Origin: Amphiscolops sp. MND2022
Lineage: Eukaryota
Direction of reading: 5' to 3'
NCBI GenBank assembly: GCA_964187785.1
Contig: OZ076409.1
Span: 59,026,001-59,090,000, forward strand
Length of the DNA stretch: 64,000 bases
Positions 38,198 to 48,049 of the stretch are shown here, one piece after another. The notes under the pieces were generated by a model that saw only the letters and a program-made list of their open reading frames with translations, was not told the origin of the DNA and did not search any database. Position 1 is the stretch's first letter. Every line of letters begins with the position of its first letter. The position numbers and the translations under genes were made by a program.

Positions 38198-39861
38198 TGT
38201 GATGATCGGCCCTTTCCTGTCTGTTTTCATTTATGATGATGGTTTCGTCTAAAGTGTCTTCAGCAATCCCAAGAGGAGTGTACGGTTGTCTTAATTCACA
38301 CATTTCAGACGGATAGAACCGGTCATCCTGATTCTTATTTTTATCTGATGTTGAATTTGATGCGTGTTTGTTCCTGAGACCCTTATCTTTATAGTTAGAA
38401 GGACCAGGCTGATTGTTCTCGGCATCCTCTTCATTACAATGTGGGTTTGGTTTGTTCTAATCTCCTTAAGTATCTCTTCGAATTTGTTTTTCAGTTGCTC
38501 TTCAATCTGTGACATCTTGTCGTTATTCTGTTCTTCTAGGCTTTGTGAAATAACTTCTATCTCGTTGCTTAATTGAGAAGGTTCTGTTAGTTCGCTGCCT
38601 AAGTTCCTGTCAAGAATATTATTAACATTTTCAGAAACACCAACTAAAGTCGCGTTACCTTGAGTGAAGCTTGTTTCCGAAGTATTTTCGTCTCTGTCTG
38701 GTGATTGAGATTCTACTCTCCTTGATCGTCTATTTCTCCTGTTTCCCATGATGAAAACGATGTTAGGTGCAAAAATCTTTGAATTACAAAGATATTTTGG
38801 TGAAATGAAAATGTGGAAGTTATTTTACAGGGGAAGGAAACTGCGAAGTTTGTGGGTTATGAGTTGTTTGTGAAAATGAGTGACTGCTCTGAATGTGTGA
38901 TATTTTTTGAATGATGGTTAGAAGAATGGTTTTTTGATGATCCGCCTTCAACTGATCTTATTGGGTACTATTTTTAGTTACATGACTTTCAATTTTATGC
39001 AAATCATCATAACGTCGTGTTTCTAGGGTCAAATGTTAAAAATATAATATTGCGTCAGACTCCTGGAAGGTCTAAATATAGCACTGTGACTTACAACATC
39101 GTAGCACTGGAAATCCTGCAAATTATGCTGTTTTACATCCTATTGCAGTATATGCTGTCTCATGAAAACCTCATAATTCAGTATAATTTTATCAACAGAA
39201 ATAAGAATCTTTATACTGTTTTTAAGTTAAAACGTCATACTGTTTCTGTCAAATTCCCACATATGCTGTTCCTACATTGAAACGTCATACCGGGGTTTCT
39301 GCATATGCTGTATCCCATCTGAACCATCATACTGTTTCTGTCAGATTTCCGCATATGCTGTTTTTAACACATGTCATCATGCTGCATAATCAGTATCAAA
39401 TAAGCGTACGAATTCGTTATGCTGATTTTTAAGTGGATCATCGTGCTGTTTTTGATTGTTTTCCCCATGAATGAACTACAAATAAATAAATGTAGCAAAG
39501 ATATATAGGACCATTGGATCTAACTCCTTTCTACCATTTAAGATGATAAAACAAAGATTTAGCACTGTTTTGATAACTTTGACGTTACCTTTCCAGTTGT
39601 TTTTCAATTGATCAACACACCCTATGGGTGAAACAATAACAACAATAACGACGTTCAACAATCATCATTTTAGATGAAATGTACAACTAAAAGCAACATT
39701 ATATCAAACGAACAATAACAAGCATTGTTTAAGTTTAAAGTTTGAAATGTTTATCAAGTCTTCGTCCATATTTGGGTAGACAGCCTTCATGATGGGTAAG
39801 CAGCGTTGACTGCTTCATCGATGTTGCACTCCGGACATCTCGCATGGGTAAGCCGGCGACA
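38198..39861 (-). mobile_element. Solo LTR, 1664 bp, with 5 bp TSD CCTGA and an internal ORF
   Basis: Termini TGTCGC...ATCACA on the minus strand. CCTGA at 38193-38197 and 39862-39866. The empty site is visible at ~35181. Confidence 0.92.
38199..38749 (-). pseudogene. LTR-embedded ORF (MGNRRNRRSRR...), one frameshift, open up to the LTR end
   Basis: ORF 38291-38749 plus a shifted frame EDAENNQPGPS...HASN...ENRQERADHH. It aligns by eye over its whole length with the ORF at 62889. Confidence 0.85.
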
Positions 39862-40028
39862 CCTGAGAAGCCTATTTTCTCAAGTATATTTTTCAGCAAC
39901 GTGAATAGAGTATAGTCGTACCTCGAAAGCAGTCGAAACTGTTGTCGAGTACGCAAATACCTTTCCGTATTTATCAATCTTCCAATTGAGCTCTCACAAC
40001 TCCCAGTGGTTTTTGAATTATACACTAT

Positions 40029-40205
40029 TGTATTCTGCGAGATTATCTCAATTGAAAACGTTTTTAAAATAACAATGCTTTTTCCAGCTCAGAATGTATC
40101 ATAATGAGATCAGGTTTCAGATATAGAACTCAATGTTTGTTTGTAAATACGAACTAAAAATGGCAACAGTTGTTTATCAACAGTTCTCAAATAAGCTATT
40201 CTTCA
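40029..40205 (-). repeat. 3' LTR of element 2 (177 bp)
   Basis: TG...CA termini. Nine mismatches to 45837-46013 by manual count. Preceded on the minus strand by a PPT, AGAGGGGGAAA (40206-40216). Confidence 0.95.
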
Positions 40206-43200
40206 TTTCCCCCTCTGTAATTGGATGAGAGGTATCCAATTGATTACCGTTGCCGTCCAGGTTAATGCTGCGGTCGGATGCCGTCCACGTCTTGGTGCAG
40301 TATCCGGGTGTCCTTGGTTGGCGTTGTTGTTTTCCATTGGCTGGAACATTTGTGGTTGTGAGCAGATTACTGGTTGTCTTCGCTTTCCCGCTCCGGCATT
40401 TCTTCTGTTGTCTCCAGTAGTGGTGACAAGTTTGGACGTTTTGCGGTGTTTCCTGTAATCAGAATAGTTAACTGGATTTTTTAATCTAATGACTGGATTT
40501 GTTTTCGTTAGTCGTTTTGACCGGCGTAGGTTAGTTTCTTGTACGTTTTCTAAACCTTTATCAATTTCGGTGCTAGAGCTAAGGTTACTTGCTAATTCTA
40601 GATCTGAATCAATAGTATTGGATACCTTACCGTTTATGTCTTTAATGTGGAGGTATTGTCCTGACTGTTGAGTGTCATTGATCACCTGTTCTATGTCGGA
40701 TTCCGACATTTGTTCTGCGTTGATTGTGAGGGGCCTCATTGGTTTATTTTTGTTTGTTCCCGGTTGTTTCTCTGGTAATGCTGACTTTTCCCAGTTTCTT
40801 ATAAATCTGGGTTTTCCAAATGTTCCGCATTTTCGGTTGTTTGGTGTTTCTGGGCTGGTGTCCAATTGCTCGTCTTGTGATTGGGATGGCTCGAGAGTTG
40901 CTGGTGACTTGTCTTCTTTGCGAGCAAATCTTCCGTTCGGTCCTCTTGGTCCGGTTCCTCTATTGGAAGTATCCTGTTCAAATGGTGTAATTGGTTTACC
41001 GATTAGTTTACAGTGAGTAATTTTATTTTCGGCTGTAGTTACGGTATGGTTAGTTCCCTTCACTGCTGTTTCTAATTGATCGGAGTAGGGACTTCCGAAT
41101 TTTGATTTTGTGTTTTTCCGAAGAACTGAAACGGGTATTTACTAACCGTCTTGGTTGACTTTCTCTTTTGTTTCATAGGTAGATGGTCGGAACTACCGCC
41201 TTCTCCACTGAATGTATAAACCTGTAGGGTTTCTGATTTTGCTGAAACGGAATGGTTATTGGTTAATTTTTTGATTTCTTTTAATTTTAGCATATTACTC
41301 AGCTCTGTGTTCGGTTCTCTACCGAAGTGTAATTCGAATGCCGTTTTGCTCAGTCTAGAGTGTGGGGTTGTTCGCATTACTCCTAATGCTAGATCAAGCG
41401 CTTTTCCGAATGGTTCGCCCACTTTTATATTGGTTAGTAAGTTTTCTTTTAGTGTTCTCACCCCCCGTTCTACTAAACCGGTGGGAGTGTGTAAATACGG
41501 TGTCCCGTATATCAGCGAGAAATAATTCTTTTAACAGAATTCTCTGAACTAGTGACCCGTAAACGCTGATGCTTTATCGGTTCTGAACGTTTTGTATGCC
41601 GTTTAGTTGGATGTATTGTTGAAAAAAATTTACCGTCGTTTTTCCGTCCGTTGATTTGCATAGACTGGCTGCCGGCCGTTTACTAAACCGGTCCAAGGAG
41701 AGTAAAATGTAAAATCTACGGTTCTCTTCCGTGATTGGTCCAATGAAATCCAATTGAATTTCTTCGTTTGGTGCGCTTAATGGTGGTAAGCGATTTTGTT
41801 TCGTTTCAGGTATATTTGGTTCAAGATTCTTACCGGAAAGTTTGCACGGTATGCAGCTGTCGCATTTTCTTTGTATTGCTCCAGATAGTTTCGGCCACCA
41901 GAAGGGTTTTGCCGCCATTGTCATCTTGTTTATGGCAGGGTGGCCCTTGTGCAGTAGTGTGATGACGGTTGTTCGTAAATTTGTTGGGACGATAATTATT
42001 TCTTCGAAGAATACTAGTCCGTACCTTGTGGATAGCTTCCGTTTGTACTGGTTGTATTCTTCTGGGATGTTGTCATACTGTTTTCTTTCCAGACAAACGA
42101 GGGTTTTTAACAGTTTTGGATCGTTTTTTGTCTCCGTCTTTAATAATTGGAGGTCCGTGGCGAAATCGTTTTCGGTCTCTCTGACGGAATTTTCACGGTC
42201 CCAGTCATTTGGTTCTAGTGCTTGTATCCTCGGGGCGTGTCCCAGTTTAATGTATTGGACGCTTTTAACTCCGAGGTAGTTCGCCCAATTCATTGTGGGT
42301 ACCTCCAGCACCGACGGTGCCATTTCCGAGTCACTGGAGATCTCTCCTTCCTCCATCGGTGTCTCGTCCGATGTATAACTTGTTGTCGGACGTGCTTGGG
42401 ATGTGCCTTGATTATCGTGAGGGATAAATCCACCTTGGAAATTTCTGGTTTCTTTGAATTGCCAGTCCGGGAAGTAGTTGGTTTGATTTTGCCGGTTTCT
42501 AACCTCCACGGCAGGGCTCTCCAATCGTTTTATGATTTCGGGCAATTTTTTTCGATTATTTTCCTCTCTCCACGGAGGAATTTTGGCTCATGGTACTTCT
42601 TCCATTTGCCATTTGATAGTCGGTAAATTCCCTTCTTTACGATGTTTCGCCAGCGTTCAATTAAGTTGACTGTCCCCTGAGACGATTCGATTTTCTCGAG
42701 ATTGTCAATGATTTTGGCGTCCATTGTCATTAAAGTAACGTCACTGTTTGGAGTGCGAATAAGGCTATGAATGGCGTTTTGTTCACGCGTGTTGTCCGAT
42801 GACCGGTGTTTGTTTGCTTTTGTCAAGTTTGCTGTTCCGTTCGTTGATTGTGATTGGTTGAAATGGTTGCTAAGGCAACCAAAGTTTGAAACAAAACCGT
42901 AGTGCGGTGCTATGCTGTTAATGACATATTCTTTTTCGTATACGTCATCGTTTTGCGCCGGTGCGATTGGATTTCTACTCAAGTAATCGGTAAGCGCTAG
43001 ATGTTTTCCGGCGATATGGTTTACGTTCATTGTAAAATGTGCTAATCGGTCTAGCCAGCGCGTTAAGCGTGCTCTGTATATTTTGTTAGAGCGGTTGCGT
43101 TTTATTAGCTGTTCGAGAGCTTGGTGGTCCGTTAAAAGTTTGACGGGTTTTCCGTAGATGTAAAGACGGAAGTGTTCTAAACCCCAAATAACCGCTAAAA

Positions 43201-45790
43201 ATTCCAACTCGTTTATTGCATATTTTTTCTCTGTGTCCGATAGAAATCTGCTTGCAAATGCTATCGGTTTTAAATCCACATTATCTTGTTCTTGCCAGAG
43301 AATGGGCGCCTAATCCTTTTGTGCTGGCGTCTGTTGTTATGGTGTTCGGTCGAAGGGAGCTATAGTGAGCAAGGCACGGTATTTCCGTGATTTTGCGTTT
43401 TAATCGGTTAAATGCTTCGGAGTGTTCCGTTGTCCAATTCCATTTAATTTTCTTTTTTAACAACTCTCTCATTAAGTCCGTTTGCGCTGACAAAATTTCG
43501 ATGTATTTTGACAAATACTGAATTGCACCTAAGAAGAAATTAAGTTCTTTTTCGTTTTTTGGTTCTTTCAGTTCTTGTATTGCTTTCAACTTGTCTTGTA
43601 ACGGTCTGATACCGTTTTGGTCAATTTTGTGACACATTCTATGTCGGACTTGAAAAATTTTGATTTGTTTGCGCTAAGTCTGTAACCTGCGTCTTCTAGT
43701 TTAGTTAATACCTCGGTTTAGTTAACGTTTTTGTTGTTCCTTTGTCCTTTTTGTGACGATTTGTATGTCGTCTAACCACGCCGGGTGTTGGTTCTCCAGT
43801 GTTTGGTCAATCTTTTCTTGAAAAATGGTCGAAATGTTCGCCAGTCCATAAAATCCTTTTAGGTATCTATAGTATCCAGTGAAGTTGCCTCCAGTTATTG
43901 CGAATATACACAGGTCTTTTGCGTGTTTTGACAGTTGCATTTGACCGTATGCATAATCCAGATCCAGTTTCGATATCCAAATTAAGTCGGTTTCTCCGTC
44001 GGCTATTTCTCTTGATATTCGGGATATCAATTCCTCCATGTTCGGCATTTGTGCTTTTCTCTTCACGGTTATTTCGTTTAATTTCCGTGAGTGTAAAACG
44101 ATAATAATCGTTTTATTTTTCACAACGGTGAAAACTGCTGGGCTTGCGAAGCAATTTTTGTCTATGTTGGCTGCTCTTTCTACATGCCCTTTTTTTCAAC
44201 TTTTCTATTTCTTTACCAACTGCTGGTTGTAAATCTATCGGTACCGATCGGCCTTTCTGTTGTATCAGTTTTGCATCCGGTTTTAGCTGAATGTCTACCT
44301 CTATTCCCTTTACCGTTTTATTTTCGTGAAACAGTTTAGTAAAGTTTCTTTTCTGCTCTGTCACGTCTGGATTTTCTTGGATATTTTGTATCTTCAGGTT
44401 AGATTTTTCTGTATCCAGTTTGATTCCCAATTGATTCATCCAGTCCAGTCCAAGAAGTTGATTTGTCCTTTATGTTGTTATTAGTAGTTCCAGATTTTTA
44501 GTTTCTCCGTTAATTTCTACTTTTTTAATTTTAAAGTTAAAAGTTTAAAGTTTTAAAATACTTTAATTTTCTACATTTTTCCTTCGAACTTTATTTTGTT
44601 TATGTTGACATCCTTATACTCCGTGTGTAGGGGATGTATAGGTGTTGTATGGTTGAATAATTGTTTTGGTACCAGTGTGACCGGTGATCCACTATCAATT
44701 ATGAATTTGTTTGGTCGGTTATTGACCAATGCTGTGGTAGTGAAGAATGGTTGTCCGTCTTTGGTGTTCTGTTTTGTTGAATGGACCATTCTAGTGATAA
44801 AGTGTATTCTTTTTGTCGACCATTCGTCTTCTTCTGCACTGGAAGCGTCTGATTCCGGGTGGATGTGTTTTATTCTTCGGTCTATCTTTTGTTTAGTTCT
44901 GCACAATTTTGCGTGGTGACCGATCTTTCCGCAGTTTAAGCATTTCTTTGCTTTTGCCGGACAATCGTGAAGCTTTCTCCAGTTTGGTGCTCCGCATCTG
45001 ATACAGTCGATTTTTCTGAATTTATTTGGTTTATCTTTTTCCGGTTTTTGGTAGTTTCGTTTTCTATCCACGTGTTTTATTCTTGTTTCTTCTTCCGAAT
45101 CTCGTGATTCGTTCATTTTTTTGTACATCTATTCGTGGTTTGTGTCGGTTATAGCTTCCACCGACATGGAAGCTTCTCCTTTTTTGATTTTCTTTTTGAG
45201 ATCGTTGTCTCCAGTTGTTTTTCCGATGACTGAAAGGAAATTTGAGGCTAATAATTCTGCTGCTTTTATTTTTCGAATTCGCAGTTTTTTTCTATTTCCA
45301 GAATTCGTTTCCAGGTTTCGGCTGCCGATTATCCCGGTTCTTTTTTCAGGTTGAAGAAATCGGCCCTGCTATGATGTTTGTTTCGCTCAGGGACAAAATG
45401 TAGTCTGAACAGTGCGTATAGACGGTACAATGGTAAAGAAGTTGGTTCTCTTTCTCTTACCGTCTTCGTCATTTCTGTTAATGCTGACTGCCCGGTTGCC
45501 CAGATAAAGACGTCTTTTGTTTCCTTTTCTAGTTGGTCCCTGTATTGTGGCAACACTTCTTTGGAGTTTGTCATCTTTGATAAGTCCAACTCTCGAGTCA
45601 TCTTTATGTATTGGGTAAATTTTCTCCACCAGAGCTTTGCACTGGTGTGGTCATTTTTCTCCATGATTGGTATGGGTAACTTTTGGGTAGTCCATTCTGG
45701 GTCGTCCGTTCAAACGATCGTGTGGGGGTATTGTTTGGTAGCGAGCGGCTGCTCGTTCCTCCCATGGAGTTATTTGGTTCGTCTTCCATT
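40203..45790 (-). pseudogene. gag-pol of element 2, broken by frameshifts and stops
   Basis: ORF pieces 45329-45664, 44571-45128, 44113-44439, 43722-44123, 43281-43637, 42530-43279, 41574-42545, 41072-41461 and 40203-41063 lie in gag-PR-RT-RH-IN order. Confidence 0.93.
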
Positions 45791-45823
45791 GTAGCGAAGT
45801 TTTTTCTGATAGTTCAGAGTGTT

Positions 45824-45833
45824 GACTGCGCCA
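45824..45833 (-). promoter_or_regulatory. Primer-binding site TGGCGCAGTC (tRNA-Ser-type)
   Basis: Lies 3 nt inside the 5' LTR and is complementary to a ...GACTGCG-CCA tRNA-Ser 3' end. Confidence 0.8.
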
Positions 45834-45836
45834 TTT

Positions 45837-46013
45837 TGTATTCTGCGAGATTATCTCAATTGAAAACGTTTGTAAAATAACAATGCTTTTTCTAGCTCAG
45901 AATGTACCATAATGAGATCAGGCTTCAGATATAGCACTCAATGTTTGTTTGTAAATAGGAACTAAATATGGCAACAGTTGTTTTTCAACAGTTCTCAATT
46001 AAGCTATTCTTCA
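45837..46013 (-). repeat. 5' LTR of element 2 (177 bp)
   Basis: Direct repeat of 40029-40205, followed by TACAC. Confidence 0.95.
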
Positions 46014-46309
46014 TACACTCAAGAGTCTTAAGTGCATCTGGGTTCATTTCCCCTCAGTAAGCACCCCAAAACATTTTGATATTTTAAGGAGTTCGTTTTT
46101 GAAAACAAGTTTAATTATTAAAAAATTAACTAGGTTGTTCAATTTCCATAATTTTCATAACGCTCGAAATGGTACCAATATCCATTTAGGGTTAACTGTC
46201 CAAAATTTTCTTTTTGTAAAACCTGCTGACTGTTAACGTTGAGTAAGTCTAAAGGTTTTCAGTGTACTAACTGTAATCAGCGAAATTTGCATCATTTGTA
46301 TTTGTTCAG

Positions 46310-46460
46310 GTACCAGGATGCGTTCGGGACGTCGTCAGATGTCCTTACTCTCTCCCAGGCACTTTGCTTATTCTCAGCCAGGTGTCTCATCTTCATCAGC
46401 AGTGCAATCAACCCCATCATATACGCGTTCGCGGGCGAGAACTTCCGCAGCCACCTCAAG
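46310..46460 (+). CDS. Internal exon of the same class A GPCR: ECL3, TM7 (NPIIY) and helix 8
   Basis: Branch point TACTAAC at 46265-46271, TTTGTTCAG acceptor and AAG|GTATGT donor. Encodes YQDAFGTSSDVLTLSQALCLFSARCLIFISSAINPIIYAFAGENFRSHLK. Confidence 0.92.
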
Positions 46461-46801
46461 GTATGTCTCGGGACTTTTTTACTTGCAGTTTTCCAGAGAA
46501 TAACAAAACATGTTCATTTTATGCAAATTTTCATAGCTAATGTATGGTAGCTCTTAGCAGTGTTAGAACTGTAATGTTTTGGCATATTTTGTAAAACTTT
46601 GCTACTCAGCAATTCGACGGATGTGTGCCAGTCTGGAGGTATTTTTGTTTCCCTACTAACTTGCCCCAGTTTTCAGCTTGGTAGTCTATTCTTGGCCAAC
46701 ATTAATTTAGCTGAATATGCTAACAAATCTTCTCAAGGAAAGGTATCTTTCCTTTCAAAGATTTTGCAAGCCTTTTTAATATACACGTTTCAGAAGAATC
46801 T

Positions 46802-47993
46802 AAAACAAGCCGGGAACGGCCCAAGTCGGCGCCATATCTAAGGCTCAAAAACAGCAAAAGGACTTCAAAATATTCTCTTCTACGGTACCGGAAAAACCCA
46901 AAAGTTGAACCGAATTGGCGCACCAGAGGGGACACTTTGAATTTTTTCATCCATTCTGTCGCAAATCATCAAAACAATTGAAGGAGGGGTACTTTTGGTG
47001 AAAAAAAAATTTGAAAAAAAAGTCTCACAATGCCGCAAAAACTGAAAGGGGGGACCCTTTAGGATTTTTCAACATCCGTTCTGTCGGAAAACTCGAAAAA
47101 ATTGAAGGGGGGACCCTTTGGGGCAAAATTTTTTTTCGAAAAAAAAGTCTCACAGAACCGAAAATACTCTGTTTGTTAGATGATGTAAAAATACTACTTC
47201 GCAAGCTTTTAAAGTATTTTAAATTTGCTAAATAAGAATTGAAAGATTTTAAGATTGTAAGAATTGTAAGAAAAGTGGACCGATCAGTGTGAGGATTGTA
47301 GTCTGAAGAAAAAACAAGACGGGAACGTCAAAAGTCGGCGCTTTATCAGAGGCTCAAACAGCGCAAAACATTTTTTTCGGAAAAAAAACTTGAAAATTTG
47401 GAAAAAAATTTCTTTCGGAAAATGTCGCATAGTGCCGAAAAATGTAAAAGAGGGGACCCTTTTTGATTTCCAAACATGCAATCTGTTGCAAAATAAAAAA
47501 ACTCAAAGGGGGACCCTTTGGGGACATTGAAAAATTTTCGAAAAAAAGTCGCACAATGCCGAAAAAAAATCAAAAGGGGGGACCCTTCGGCCTCGGCCGG
47601 TTTTGTAGAATACGTTAAAAAAGTAAAAAATGAAAGGGGGGACCCTTTGGAGACAAAAATTTTCGAACAAAAAGTCGCACAGAGCCGAAAAAAATTCGAA
47701 AGGGGGGACTCTTTAGTCCCGTCCGGTTTTGTAGATTACCTTGAAAAAGTGAAAAATGGAAGGGGAGACCCTTTGCACTAAGTTTGCTTTAGCCCCTTTG
47801 CCGGACTGGGCGCCTTAGGTGGTTTCAGGATTGTTTCTAAAAAGTGGACCGATCAGTGTGAGGATTGTAGTCTGAAGAAAAAAAACAGTCACTGCTATAG
47901 TCGGGCAATTTTCTCTTAAGGGAAAAGCGCCGACTAAAAACAGTCACTGCTATAGTCGGGCATTTTTCCCTCAATGGAAAAGCGCTGACTAAA
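46802..47993 (-). mobile_element. Two nested Helentron/DINE-1-like elements (inner ~47311-47940 within outer 46802-47993)
   Basis: Two AAACAAG-stemloop-AGTCGGCGC ends (46802, 47311) and two GCTATAGTCGGG...GCGC(C/T)GACTAAA ends (47940, 47993). AAAGGGGGGACCCT internal repeats. Confidence 0.72.
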
Positions 47994-48049
47994 CACACTG
48001 TGTAATACCTTTTAAAAGTTCACATAATAAAAGGAAGTATTGTAAATTT

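Larger units (their letters stand above)
40029..46013 (-). mobile_element. Full-length decayed Ty3/Gypsy element 2 (5985 bp, Mag-like features)
   Basis: Two 177 bp LTRs, PBS, PPT, gag with two Cys/His knuckles (CIRCGAPNWRKLHDC, CLNCGKIGHHAKLC), protease IDSGS, RT (KLDLDYAYGQ, WLDD), RNase H (TTDASTKGLGA, YAINELEFLAV) and integrase (H..H..C..C, IQLDF). TSD TACAC. Confidence 0.96.
37578..46191. mobile_element. piggyBac-like non-autonomous DNA element hosting two LTR insertions
   Basis: TTAA|CCCTAAATAGA at 37574-37588 and TCCATTTAGGG|TTAA at 46181-46195: an 11 bp TIR with one mismatch plus a TTAA TSD. No transposase was recognised. Confidence 0.7.

Noticed and set aside
40225..45880. Plus-strand ORFs over element 2 (and likewise over element 1)
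   Set aside because: They are antisense shadows of gag-pol with no independent motifs.
46239..46550. Stand-alone 103 aa ORF from the ORF track
   Set aside because: Only 46310-46460 is GPCR-like and it is bounded by splice signals. The rest is intron read-through.
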